Assembly: GCA_038231455.1 (NCBI GenBank)
Contig: JBBRLI010000006.1
Location: 64,001 to 128,000 of the forward strand
Origin: Vulcanimicrobiales bacterium
Lineage (GTDB): Bacteria; Vulcanimicrobiota; Vulcanimicrobiia; Vulcanimicrobiales; Vulcanimicrobiaceae
DNA: 64,000 nucleotides
Direction: 5' to 3'
The stretch's first letter is position 1. Every line of letters starts with the position of its first letter. Below are positions 28,995-38,751 of the stretch, in pieces. The notes beneath the pieces are model-generated. The model had not been told where the DNA came from, ran no database searches, and saw nothing but the letters and a program-made list of their open reading frames with translations. Both the position numbers and the translations under genes were made by a program.

Positions 28995-30179
28995 TTAAGC
29001 CACGGTCGTCCGCAAGCTCTCGATCGAATGGACGTGGCGATACAATTGATCGCGCAGAAGCTCCGGCTTGCCCGCCTCGCGCAGCGATTTGACGGTTTCG
29101 TTTCCGAACCAATACGATGCGAGAAACGGGCCGCGGAATGGATGGAGTGCCATCCCGGTGCGCACCGTTGACCAGGATTCTTGAGCGAATCCGACGTCGC
29201 ACAGATACGCGATCGATTGCGCTTTGGTCCACCCGCTCACGTGCAAATGCCACGCGGCGTTCGTACCGACGGCCGTTTGCAGGCGCCGAACGCCGATTTG
29301 CGCGGCGTCGTTGTCATCTTCAACCCAGTCGATGAGATCGATGCCTTGATCGCCGATGCCCTCCTGCACCGCGCCCGTCACGGCATTCGCCGTGCAGAGG
29401 AGCGCATCGGGTGGCGACTCGCCACGCTCGGCGACTGCACGCGTTGAGAGCAACTGCGTCGAATGGCCCGGGAACACTTCGTGCGCGACTAAGTGTTTGA
29501 GCGCCGCGCGCGTTACGCGCACGTCGAGATTGATATCCATGTTGCCGTCTTCGAACGAGCATCGGCCCGCGTACGGAACGTTGCGCACGGCGTTGAGTCG
29601 CATCGTGTAATCGCCGGTCGGCCAGATCATCGCATCGGTTCGCCGCTGGGCTTCGGCCATCAATTCTTCGAAGACCGCCGGGATCGCCTCGGGCTCGAGA
29701 TACCGTCCCGTTTGCCACGTCCGCACGCGTTCGCCAAGCGTTCCGGTCGTGTAGCCGAGCCGCACCAGCAACGCGTCGAGTTCGTCGTGAAGCGCAGCGA
29801 TGGTTGCATCGGGGACCGGTTCTGCGGGAACGCCGACAAGGTCCGTAAGCTTTTCTTGAAAGCTCAACTGTTCGCCTGAAAAAAGACGCACGGCGGCGCG
29901 CAGCGAGCGCACCATCCCGAACAAGAACGTCTTGCGCGCCGCACGCGAAATGTCCGCGATGCGTGCTTCGAGCGAATCGAGCGCGTGATGAGCGGATTGC
30001 CAACTTGCAAGTGTCGCGCCCGGCACGATGTCCTTGCCGAGATAGATGGGAACGAGCCCCTCGGTATCGAGTGCTCCCTCGCCTTTGCTGATCGAACGTT
30101 CGAGCGCGTCGATGCCGAGCGTCATCGCGGTCAGTTCGCGTCCGAGTTCGAAATCAAGGGCGTCTTCGTCGGTGGTCAA
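28995..30179 (-). CDS. DUF885-related zincin-like protein
   Basis: AHEVFPGH and QEGIG motifs; no signal peptide. Confidence 0.6.
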   Translation of the reverse strand: MTTDEDALDFELGRELTAMTLGIDALERSISKGEGALDTEGLVPIYLGKDIVPGATLASWQSAHHALDSLEARIADISRAARKTFLFGMVRSLRAAVRLFSGEQLSFQEKLTDLVGVPAEPVPDATIAALHDELDALLVRLGYTTGTLGERVRTWQTGRYLEPEAIPAVFEELMAEAQRRTDAMIWPTGDYTMRLNAVRNVPYAGRCSFEDGNMDINLDVRVTRAALKHLVAHEVFPGHSTQLLSTRAVAERGESPPDALLCTANAVTGAVQEGIGDQGIDLIDWVEDDNDAAQIGVRRLQTAVGTNAAWHLHVSGWTKAQSIAYLCDVGFAQESWSTVRTGMALHPFRGPFLASYWFGNETVKSLREAGKPELLRDQLYRHVHSIESLRTTVA

Positions 30180-30239
30180 AACGTCATCCGTCGCGATCCT
30201 AGCTGAACAAGGCGTTCATCGAACTTTAGGCAACCGAAC

Positions 30240-30253
30240 CCTTGATGTCAAGG
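30240..30253. promoter_or_regulatory. Palindromic operator candidate in divergent promoter
   Basis: CCTTGA-tg-TCAAGG. Confidence 0.4.
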
Positions 30254-30266
30254 AGCGTTTTGTAAG

Positions 30267-31208
30267 GTGCCCTCATCGCAAAAGCGACCGCATGGCGTAT
30301 GCGCGGCCGCCCTCACGCCGCTGACCGCAGATCTTCTCCCCGACACCGGTGCCGCCGTCGCGCACATCCGCCGTTTGCTCGCGGCGGGGTGCGATGCGAT
30401 CAATCTGCTCGGGACGACGGGCGAAGCTTCGTCGTTTTCACTGCGGCAGCGCTTGAGCATCATGGAGGCGGTCGCCGCTGCCGGATTACCGCTCGATGTC
30501 ATCATGGTCGGCACGGGAGCGCCCTCGCTTGACGATACCCTCGCATTAACACGCGCGGCGATCGACCTCGGTTATGCCGGGCAACTCGTCATTCCGCCGT
30601 ACTACTTCAAGGGGATCATCGATGACGGAATCGTGCGCTACTACACGACGTTAATCGAGCGGATCGCCGACGCGCGGTTCCGGCTGTATCTCTACCATTT
30701 TCCGCAGGTCAGCTCGGTCGGCTTCTCGCCCGCCGTTGTGGCGCGAATCGCAGCGGCATATCCCGAAGCGCTTGCTGGGCTCAAAGACAGTTCCGGCGTC
30801 GCCGGCTATCCCGAGTCGATCGTTGCGGTTGCCCCGAGGATCGATGTGTTTCCGAGTTCGGAGGCGCTCCTCTCGGTTTGTCGCACGCGTGGTTTTGCCG
30901 GTGTCATCTCCGCAACACTCAACGTCACAGCGCCGCTCGCGGGGCGCGTGTGGGCGCAGTCGATTGCGGGGCCTGAGGCTGCCGCTGACTTGCAAGATGC
31001 GCTCGGTGCCATTCGCGCGGCGATCGCGCAGCACCAACTCGTGCCGGCCCTGCGTGCCGTAATCGCTGCGATGCTTGCCGACGATGCGTGGCTGCGCGTG
31101 CTCCCGCCCCTCGTTGAAATCGACCACGTCTCATCGGCGGCGCTGCTGTCCAAGCTCGCCGCCATCCCGCATTTCAACGAACTCAGAGCAACACTCGCGT
31201 GCGCGTAA
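30267..31208 (+). CDS. DapA/NanA family class I aldolase/dehydratase
   Basis: LGTTGE, LYLYHFPQ, GLKDSSG. Confidence 0.9.
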   Translation: MPSSQKRPHGVCAAALTPLTADLLPDTGAAVAHIRRLLAAGCDAINLLGTTGEASSFSLRQRLSIMEAVAAAGLPLDVIMVGTGAPSLDDTLALTRAAIDLGYAGQLVIPPYYFKGIIDDGIVRYYTTLIERIADARFRLYLYHFPQVSSVGFSPAVVARIAAAYPEALAGLKDSSGVAGYPESIVAVAPRIDVFPSSEALLSVCRTRGFAGVISATLNVTAPLAGRVWAQSIAGPEAAADLQDALGAIRAAIAQHQLVPALRAVIAAMLADDAWLRVLPPLVEIDHVSSAALLSKLAAIPHFNELRATLACA

Positions 31209-32278
31209 CCATCATCGGGGCCGGCGCGATCGGCGGCCTCGCGGGCGCCTATATGACGAAGGCCGGACATGATGTCGTGCTCGTCGATCGCTGGAAAGAA
31301 CACGTCGATGCGCTCAACGCACAGGGCGTGTTTATCGATGGGATACGCGGTGAGATGCGCGTTCCGGTACGCGCGCTCTTGCCCGAACAACTTGACGGGA
31401 CACTCGAGGCAATTTTGATTGCAACGAAATCGCAACATACAGCAGATGCCGTGCGGCAGCTGTTGCCGCGCTTTGACGATAACACGTTTGTCGTTTCGTT
31501 TCAGAACGGATTCAACGAACCGATGATCGCCGATATCCTGAGCGAAGCGGGGATCGGCGGCATGGAACGCGTGATCGGCTCGATTCCAAATTATGGCGGC
31601 GCGCTCGTGGATCCGGGACATCTCGAACACGTCCATGAGGGGGCGATCCAGCTTGGCGAAATGACCGGTGCGCGCACGGCGCGACTAAGCGAACTCGCCG
31701 CGATGCTCGGCTCGCTGACGAACGTTCAGCTCTCGGACAACGTGTGGGGACAGATTTGGGCGAAGGAAGTGTACTCGGCGCAAGTCGTCTTCTCGGCGCT
31801 CGTCGATGCCTCGATCGGCGAATCGCTCGGTAACGAACGCTATGCACGCATTGCCGGAGCGGTCGTCCGAGAAGCGTTGGAAATCGCTGAAGCGAGTGGC
31901 ATCGCCGTCGAAGCATTCGATTTTTTCGACCCCGCGAACTATCGGCCAAAAACCCCGGACGACACGAAAAAACTGATCGCGAACATCAATCATGCCATTT
32001 GGCTTTTGAAAAAAGATCAGCAACCGCAGACCCATCAATTCCGCAAGAAAGGGTCGGGTATCTGGTGGGACATCGTGTACCGGAACCGGCCATCCGAGGT
32101 GCGTGCCTCGAGCGGAAAACTCGTCGAGTACGGAGAGCGTGCCCGTGCCGACACGCGCCTGAACGCGAAGCTCAATTCGATGATCTATGAGATTGAGGCC
32201 GGCGAGCGCCGACTCGGCTTTCACAATTTCGACGAACTTGAAGCGTACGTCGCATCGATCGGAAAGACGCTGCCGTGA
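31199..32278 (+). CDS. Ketopantoate reductase family protein
   Basis: IIGAGAIGG, ATKS, SFQNG, IWAK. Confidence 0.85.
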   Translation: MRVTIIGAGAIGGLAGAYMTKAGHDVVLVDRWKEHVDALNAQGVFIDGIRGEMRVPVRALLPEQLDGTLEAILIATKSQHTADAVRQLLPRFDDNTFVVSFQNGFNEPMIADILSEAGIGGMERVIGSIPNYGGALVDPGHLEHVHEGAIQLGEMTGARTARLSELAAMLGSLTNVQLSDNVWGQIWAKEVYSAQVVFSALVDASIGESLGNERYARIAGAVVREALEIAEASGIAVEAFDFFDPANYRPKTPDDTKKLIANINHAIWLLKKDQQPQTHQFRKKGSGIWWDIVYRNRPSEVRASSGKLVEYGERARADTRLNAKLNSMIYEIEAGERRLGFHNFDELEAYVASIGKTLP

Positions 32279-33378
32279 GCGCGGCCCCGCTCGGCGTTGG
32301 CGTGATCGGGGCGCACCGCTGGGCGGAAGAGGCGCATCTGCCCGGCTATGCCGCGTACGACCGAGCCAAGCTCGTCGCGATCTGCGATGTCGAGCGCGAC
32401 CGCGCCGAGGCGATGGCCAAAGCGTTCGGGATTCCGCGCGTCTATACGGATCATCGCGCATTACTCGCCGATCCCGATGTTGCGATGGTCGATGTTTGCA
32501 CGCCGACGCACACGCATCTGCCGCTGAGCCTCGATGCGATCGCCGCGGGTAAACACGTCTTGAGTGAGAAGCCGCTCGCCGACCACGCGCGCGATGCGTT
32601 CGCCGCTGCTGCTGCCGCCGATGCGCGCGGCGTGCGGACGAAACTCGGGTTTACCTTTCGCTACTCGCCGGCGATGCGACGGCTACGCGAGTGGATCGCC
32701 GATGGAACGCTCGGCGAAATTTTCCACATCCACGGTTTCGAGCAGAATTCGCAGTTTCTCGATCCAGATTTTCCGCTGCGCCAAGTACCGCCGGACGCCC
32801 CGCGCGGGGAACTGATCCCCGCATCGATCGTCGGGTACGGTTCGCATCTCGTCGACTTGATGCGGTGGTGCGGCGGCGAACTCGCAGCGGTTTGCGGCAC
32901 GATGCAAAACTTTATCCCCGAGCGAGTCATCCGCGGCACGCCCGGGCGCCAGCGCATCACAATTGAAGATGGCACCGTGGCAATTGTCGAGTTCGCCTCG
33001 GGCGCGCAAGGCCTCTTGCAAACATCGTTTATCGCCATCGGCAACTATCCGGGCGTCGAGATTCGCGTGTACGGGTCCAAAGGCGCTGCGATCGCTCGAT
33101 TGATCGCCGAACACGGCGTTGCGGAAACGCTGAGGTTTGCAAGTGCGGGTGACGTCGATTTTCGCAGCGTCCCGGCGGAACCCGCGAGTTTTCCGCCGGG
33201 AACCGATCTTGCAACACCCTGGCCCGAGCTGTACTACCGCAACCTCGTTCGGCACTTCGTCGACGAGATCGTCGATGAGCGCGCGCCCGAGTGCACGTTC
33301 TACGATGGAGCGAAGAGCCAAGAGATCGTCAATGCCGTTGTGCGTTCGCATCGAGAGCGGGCTTGGGTGACGATCTGA
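32275..33378 (+). CDS. Gfo/Idh/MocA oxidoreductase
   Basis: VGVIGA, GKHVLSEKPLA, RYSP. Confidence 0.9.
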   Translation: MSAAPLGVGVIGAHRWAEEAHLPGYAAYDRAKLVAICDVERDRAEAMAKAFGIPRVYTDHRALLADPDVAMVDVCTPTHTHLPLSLDAIAAGKHVLSEKPLADHARDAFAAAAAADARGVRTKLGFTFRYSPAMRRLREWIADGTLGEIFHIHGFEQNSQFLDPDFPLRQVPPDAPRGELIPASIVGYGSHLVDLMRWCGGELAAVCGTMQNFIPERVIRGTPGRQRITIEDGTVAIVEFASGAQGLLQTSFIAIGNYPGVEIRVYGSKGAAIARLIAEHGVAETLRFASAGDVDFRSVPAEPASFPPGTDLATPWPELYYRNLVRHFVDEIVDERAPECTFYDGAKSQEIVNAVVRSHRERAWVTI

Positions 33379-34970
33379 GCGCGTTCGATTCGCTCGTCAC
33401 GGACGCGCTGCACGTTTTTTGGAGCCGACATCCGGTCGGTGCTTCGTTTGCAGGTGAAACGGCGTTCGACCACCGGTTGCCCGATGCGTCCGCGGGTGCG
33501 ATCGCAGAAGGCGATGCGCACGTGCGCGACATTCTTCGCCGCTTCGATGACGTTCCGACCCCGGATACGTCGGCGGCGCGCATCGATGCACGAATGCTCC
33601 GGTCGCACTTTGCCGTCGAACTCACGCCGTACGCGCGCCGGGCGCGCTATGAAAATCCCGCGTGGTATACGGGCGAGATCGCCTTTGGGATCATCGCGCA
33701 TCTGTTGCCGTCGGATGTGCCGCGCGACCCGGCGGGCTTGCGCGCGCGGATCGCGGAGATTCCCGACTTTCTGCGCGATGCCAGCGCGCATCTCGCCAAG
33801 CGGCCACTTCCGGCACCATGGGTCGAACGCGCACGCGGTGAAATCGCGGCGATCCGGCGGCTCTTGGAGAACGCGCTACCGCAGCATCCACTTGGGGCGC
33901 TTGTTGATTCCGGAACGACCGCAAACGCGCTCGACGCGCTCGGCCGGTTCGTTACAACGTTCGAGGATGCGCCGGATAGTGCGTTCGCAGCGGGCGAAGC
34001 ACATTTGCAACTCGTGATGCAGAAGCTGCACGCGATCGAGGAAACACCGCAGGCGCTGGAACGGCGCGCACGGCGCGCATTCGACGACGCGCTTGGCGCG
34101 CTCGAAGAGCGCGCGCGTGATCGCGATGCGTCGCGTCCCTGGCGCGATCAGATTCAGTCGATTGGCGAGATCGGTCCCGAGCGTTCCGGTGCCTTGCAAT
34201 CGTACGCGGATTGGCACGCGCGTGCGATGCGCGACGCTCAGACCTTGCTCTCACCCGCCGACGACTATGCCTTAAACTTCGCCGAATTGCCGGCGTGGGC
34301 GGCCCTTATCGCAAACGATTTATATTTCTTGTTCTACCGGTCGCCCGCGGCGCAAAATCCCGGTATTGGAAGCACCTACTGGGTCACACCGCTCGCTGCG
34401 AGCGACGATGAGATCCGCCGCGCACACAATACCGCAGCAGTCAAGCTGATTCACGCGGTGCATCACGGCAGCATCGGGCATCACACCCAAAACGCGCGCG
34501 CCCGCGTAGCTGGCGCGCGAACCGCTCGCATCGCCGGCACCGATGCGGCGAGCGGCATTGCCATGCTGGGTGCCGGAACGATGGTCGAGGGATGGGCGTG
34601 TTACGCCGAGGACCTGCTCGATGAAGTGCCGGGTTTTTATACGGACGGCGAGCAACTGATGCTCGCGTACTTCGAATTGCGGAACGCAGCGAGTTGCATT
34701 GCCGACATCCAACTGCATTTGCAGACGTGGACGCTTGCGGAGATGCGGCGGTTCTACCGTGAGGACGCGGCGTTTGCGCCGTCTCGAATCGGACCCGAGA
34801 CGATCCGCAATTCGATGTTTCCGGGCAGCCGCTTGATGTATTGGTACGGCACCGATGCGATCAAGTCGCTGCGTCGTTCCGTCCCGCTTGCGACAAAGAC
34901 GTTTCACGACACGCTCCTTGGATTTGGTTCGGCCCCCGTCGCCTCGATCGCTCGGGAGATGCTGCGCTGA
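33363..34970 (+). CDS. DUF885 family protein (degenerate metal motif)
   Basis: FDHRLPD, VHHGSIGHH, VEGWACYAE, FHDTLL. Confidence 0.8.
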   Translation: MGDDLSAFDSLVTDALHVFWSRHPVGASFAGETAFDHRLPDASAGAIAEGDAHVRDILRRFDDVPTPDTSAARIDARMLRSHFAVELTPYARRARYENPAWYTGEIAFGIIAHLLPSDVPRDPAGLRARIAEIPDFLRDASAHLAKRPLPAPWVERARGEIAAIRRLLENALPQHPLGALVDSGTTANALDALGRFVTTFEDAPDSAFAAGEAHLQLVMQKLHAIEETPQALERRARRAFDDALGALEERARDRDASRPWRDQIQSIGEIGPERSGALQSYADWHARAMRDAQTLLSPADDYALNFAELPAWAALIANDLYFLFYRSPAAQNPGIGSTYWVTPLAASDDEIRRAHNTAAVKLIHAVHHGSIGHHTQNARARVAGARTARIAGTDAASGIAMLGAGTMVEGWACYAEDLLDEVPGFYTDGEQLMLAYFELRNAASCIADIQLHLQTWTLAEMRRFYREDAAFAPSRIGPETIRNSMFPGSRLMYWYGTDAIKSLRRSVPLATKTFHDTLLGFGSAPVASIAREMLR

Positions 34971-36592
34971 TGTTTTGTCGTCCGATGCTGGCTTTGGCGA
35001 TGGCGCTGCTCGCGCTTGGCGGATGTTCGCCGGGGGGCAACACCGGACGTGACGGTCGCGCGCACTGGCTGCGAATCGCGACCGGTCTTGGCGACCCGAA
35101 CAGCCTTAACATTCACTTCGACCCATCGGGTACGACGGGTGACGTCGCCGAACTCACGCAGGCCTACTTCGTGCGCTACGATCGCTTCGCAAAACCGGTC
35201 CCCGAACTGATCACTGAAATACCGACGCAAGCAAATCACGGAATCAGTTCGGACGGCAAGACGATTACCTGGCACTTGCGTCAAGGTGTCAAATGGTCCG
35301 ATGGTGAGCCGTTCACCGGCGATGATGTGGTGTTCACGGTCAACGCGATCAACAATCCCGCAAACAACGAAGAACAAGGAACGTCGGGCTGGGAAGAGAT
35401 CGCATCGATGGATCAGCCGGGCACCTACACGGTGCGCTTCCATCTCAAGCGGTCGTACGGAAGTTACTTGCCGCTGTATTTTGGTACGGCGTCAAACGAA
35501 CCGTGCATTCTGCCGAAGCATCTCCTGGGTTCGTTGCCCAACATCAATACCGCAGCGTACAATGCCAAACCCGTTGGCATCGGTCCCTTTCGCATCACGG
35601 CGTGGCGGCGCGGCGATGCAATCGAGATGGAAGCCAATCCCAACTACTGGCGCGGAAAACCAAAACTCGCCGGCATCACCTTCAAGTTACTTGCGTCCCA
35701 AGAGACGCTCGTGACGCAGATGCAGACGGGCGAGGTCGATCTCTGGCCGCTCTTGCCGCCGAGCTACGCTGAGCGGCTGCGCGGCGTGCCATCGCTCACC
35801 GTGAAAACTGAGCCGAATTACCGCACCACCAATCTTGATTTCGTCTATACACGTCCGATCGTTGCGGATCTCCGCTTCCGTCAGGCGATACGCGCGGCGC
35901 TGGATCGCCCTCGCATGGTAAGAACCGTGCTGCATGGATACGGCTCCGTTCACGATGGCGTGGTGATTCCACTCGATCCGCCGGGCGAACATGACGCGAT
36001 CACAGCGTACGATCCGTCGAACGCGCGCCGTCTACTCGATTCGACGGGTTGGCATCTCGGCGCCGATGGCATTCGCGTCAAGAACGGCGAGCGACTCGTA
36101 ATGCATCTGGTGTATCAGATTGGAACCGTGGAGATCGAGCAGACCGTCGAAGACGTTCGTGCGATGCTCAAAGATGTCGGAGTTGAAGTTTCTTCGCGGA
36201 AGTATGCGCCCAATCTCTTCCGGGCACCGGCGAATATGGGCGGCATTCTCTATGGCGGGAAGTTCGAGATGGCGATCTATCCTCGCACGCTGCAAGCCGT
36301 CTCCGATGTCAACGGACTGTACGGATGTGCGACCGTGCCGCCGCACGGCGAGAATGCCACACGATATTGCAATCCGGCGGTCGACCGTCTGATCGTCGAT
36401 GTCGAGAACTCGTACGATGACGCGCTGCGACGCAAGCTCTTCGCGCACGTCCAGGAGAAAATCGTGACGGACGTTCCAACGATCATGCTCTACGTTTGGC
36501 GTGGTGGTTATGCGTACAATAAAAACGTGAAGGGTCTGCAGCCGCCCATCCTCACGCCGTTCGATGATATGATGAATGTCGATGTGGAGTAG
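34970..36592 (+). CDS. Peptide/nickel ABC transporter substrate-binding lipoprotein (SBP family 5)
   Basis: LGGC lipobox, LRQGVKWSDGEPFTGDDVVFT, GIGPF, NPNYWRGKP. Confidence 0.92.
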   Translation: MFCRPMLALAMALLALGGCSPGGNTGRDGRAHWLRIATGLGDPNSLNIHFDPSGTTGDVAELTQAYFVRYDRFAKPVPELITEIPTQANHGISSDGKTITWHLRQGVKWSDGEPFTGDDVVFTVNAINNPANNEEQGTSGWEEIASMDQPGTYTVRFHLKRSYGSYLPLYFGTASNEPCILPKHLLGSLPNINTAAYNAKPVGIGPFRITAWRRGDAIEMEANPNYWRGKPKLAGITFKLLASQETLVTQMQTGEVDLWPLLPPSYAERLRGVPSLTVKTEPNYRTTNLDFVYTRPIVADLRFRQAIRAALDRPRMVRTVLHGYGSVHDGVVIPLDPPGEHDAITAYDPSNARRLLDSTGWHLGADGIRVKNGERLVMHLVYQIGTVEIEQTVEDVRAMLKDVGVEVSSRKYAPNLFRAPANMGGILYGGKFEMAIYPRTLQAVSDVNGLYGCATVPPHGENATRYCNPAVDRLIVDVENSYDDALRRKLFAHVQEKIVTDVPTIMLYVWRGGYAYNKNVKGLQPPILTPFDDMMNVDVE

Positions 36593-36595
36593 TCG

Positions 36596-37627
36596 TTGGT
36601 TGTCATGATTTCAAGCCCGCTCGAAGCGGAACTCGTCGAGCGCGTGCGCGCCGTCGATGGCGTGAGCGAAGTGCTGTACGATTCGGCGCTCCTACCCGAA
36701 ATTCGTTACCCAAACGATCATGGCGGACGACCGCGCAAGCGCGACGCTGCGGGTGACGCTAAATGGAATACGATGATCGCTCGCGCGAACGTCCTCTTCG
36801 GATACCCGGATGAGAGCAGCGCGGGGCTTCGGGAGTCGCTCGAACTCGGCCAAGCCGTTCGTTTCGTTCAAGGGACCTCCGCGGGCATGGGCGCCCACGT
36901 GCGCCGTGCACAGTTCGATGCAGCGACCCTTGCCCGCGTGCGATTTGCATCGGCCGCGGGGGTGCATGCGGGGATGCTTGCTGAATTCGTTTTTTACGGT
37001 TTGCTCGCGCTGCGAAAAGACGCCCGGCGGCTCCAGCGGATTCGAGACGCGCGTGGGTGGGATCATTTCGTCATGGGTGAGCTCGATGGCTCGACGATCG
37101 GAATTCTCGGAATGGGCCAGATCGGCGTCGCGATCGCGAAGCGTGCACGCGCTTTCGGGATGTCGGTGATCGCAGTGAACCGGACGGGTGCACCGCACGA
37201 CCTCGCTGATCGGACGGTCGCGATGAGCCAACTGCTCGCGATCGCTCCGGAATGTGATGCGATCGTCGTGACCTTACCAATTACCGATTTGACGACCGGA
37301 CTAGTAAATGCATCCGTTGTCGCCGCCCTTCCAAAACATGCGATCGTCGTAAATGTCGGGCGTGGTGCGGTAATCGATCAAATGGCGCTGATCGACGCGC
37401 TCACGGAAGGCCGACTTACGGGTGCCGTGCTCGATGTGTTCACGGAAGAGCCGCTTCCGGCGGACAATCCGCTGTGGACGATGGACAACGTGATTTTCAG
37501 TCCGCATACCGCTGCCATTTCGATGCGTGAGAACGTTCGTATCGTCGATGTATTCTGCGAGAATCTCAAGCGGTTACGGAACGGTGCAGCGTTGAAAAAC
37601 GCGCTTAATTTGACTGAGTTCTACTAG
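36596..37627 (+). CDS. D-2-hydroxyacid dehydrogenase
   Basis: GILGMGQIG, NVGRG, LDVFTEEPLP, SPHTA. Confidence 0.9.
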   Translation: MVVMISSPLEAELVERVRAVDGVSEVLYDSALLPEIRYPNDHGGRPRKRDAAGDAKWNTMIARANVLFGYPDESSAGLRESLELGQAVRFVQGTSAGMGAHVRRAQFDAATLARVRFASAAGVHAGMLAEFVFYGLLALRKDARRLQRIRDARGWDHFVMGELDGSTIGILGMGQIGVAIAKRARAFGMSVIAVNRTGAPHDLADRTVAMSQLLAIAPECDAIVVTLPITDLTTGLVNASVVAALPKHAIVVNVGRGAVIDQMALIDALTEGRLTGAVLDVFTEEPLPADNPLWTMDNVIFSPHTAAISMRENVRIVDVFCENLKRLRNGAALKNALNLTEFY

Positions 37628-37648
37628 GGCGATTCGCTCGCTCGCTAC

Positions 37649-37673
37649 GTTTCGTCTTGAAGTGCGGGGGTAG
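37649..37673 (+). promoter_or_regulatory. SigB/SigF-type promoter candidate
   Basis: GTTT-N15-GGGTAG upstream of 37831. Confidence 0.45.
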
Positions 37674-37830
37674 AAATCTTTCGCGACCACCACACGTACG
37701 ACGACAGCGGTAACAAGGGCCCGCGAGGCGTCGGCGGCGAGCAGGCTTTTCGTCCTTTCGACCTGCACGCAGTGGTGCGCATTCGATCCGCCGTGCCGCC
37801 CGCACGGCCCCTCTGAATCGAGGACGAACG

Positions 37831-38421
37831 ATGGACGAACAAGACGGACAGAGTGAGGGCAAGCGAGCCCGAGACGAGATACTCGACCGGGTCTTACTTC
37901 CCGCCTGGATTGCCTGCGGATTTATGGACTATCTCGTTCACCGTCGATCGCGAATCGAAACCACCAGCGGAACCCACGAATCGCTGACCCATCTGCTGAT
38001 GCTCGCGTCTGCGTCCAGCGGCGTGCTCGCTCGGTTATTCTTTGAATCGAATGAGTCGGTGATCGCAATCATGGGTGCCTCGGCGCTTGCACATGAGGCA
38101 ATCGTTCTGTGGGATATCGCGTACGCAACAAAAGCGCGACCACCGTCGGCGACCGAGCAGCACATACATAGCTTCCTCGAAGTACTGCCGTTCACGCAAT
38201 TGGCATTAACGGTGTGCGCGCATCCCAAACCAACCGCGGCACTCATCGGACTTGGCTTCCGGAAACGGCGGCTTGTTTTGCAGCCGAAGAAGGCGATCTT
38301 CACGCCGTTTAACGTGACGATCGTGTTAGCGGCGACGATCTTTCAAATCGTACCGTACGTGGAAGAATTCATTCGTTGCTATCGACATTGGCCGTCGCTT
38401 CTGCCGCGACGACTTGCCTGA
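37831..38421 (+). CDS. Hypothetical membrane protein
   Basis: Four hydrophobic segments; HRRSRIETTSG..ES..H, EQHIHSFLEVLP, PYVEEFIRC. Confidence 0.75.
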   Translation: MDEQDGQSEGKRARDEILDRVLLPAWIACGFMDYLVHRRSRIETTSGTHESLTHLLMLASASSGVLARLFFESNESVIAIMGASALAHEAIVLWDIAYATKARPPSATEQHIHSFLEVLPFTQLALTVCAHPKPTAALIGLGFRKRRLVLQPKKAIFTPFNVTIVLAATIFQIVPYVEEFIRCYRHWPSLLPRRLA

Positions 38422-38608
38422 ATCGAAATGGTTCGCTCAGGAGACGCGCGCGATACTCCTCATCTTGCTTGAGAACGCTGTTTACGACGTCGCCTGCATT
38501 CAACGTGCACGCACAAGCCGCACCGAAATTCCGCATCGACGAGCATCCGTCGGCCGAATGGATGCCGATTGCATGGTGACAGGAGTTGCAAGTCAGTAAC
38601 GCATCCAT
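38369..38608 (-). CDS. Small Cys/His-rich protein (79 aa)
   Basis: RBS AAGGA; CNSCHHAIGIH...GC...CAC; overlaps the 3' end of the convergent gene. Confidence 0.55.
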   Translation of the reverse strand: MDALLTCNSCHHAIGIHSADGCSSMRNFGAACACTLNAGDVVNSVLKQDEEYRARLLSEPFRFRQVVAAEATANVDSNE

Positions 38609-38644
38609 GGAGGCATCCTTTTGCGGCAAGAAAGTGATTGCTTC

Positions 38645-38669
38645 GTTCCCCTGAATCTAAAGTTTAAAC
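38645..38669 (-). promoter_or_regulatory. SigB/SigF-type promoter candidate
   Basis: Minus strand GTTTAA-N13-GGGAAC, 36 nt upstream of ATG 38608. Confidence 0.55.
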
Positions 38670-38751
38670 ACCTAGGGGGCGGTAGCCGCGTTTTTCGGCC
38701 CGGGCGCGAGCCAAACGCAAAAATGCGACGTGCCGATTCGTCGATCCAAAG

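Noticed and set aside
30267-32278. Housekeeping dapA and panE assignments
   Set aside because: Only family-level motifs are present, in a catabolic context; gene symbols withheld
37628-37830. Small ORF or ncRNA in the 200-nt gap
   Set aside because: No convincing start, RBS or recognisable RNA motif
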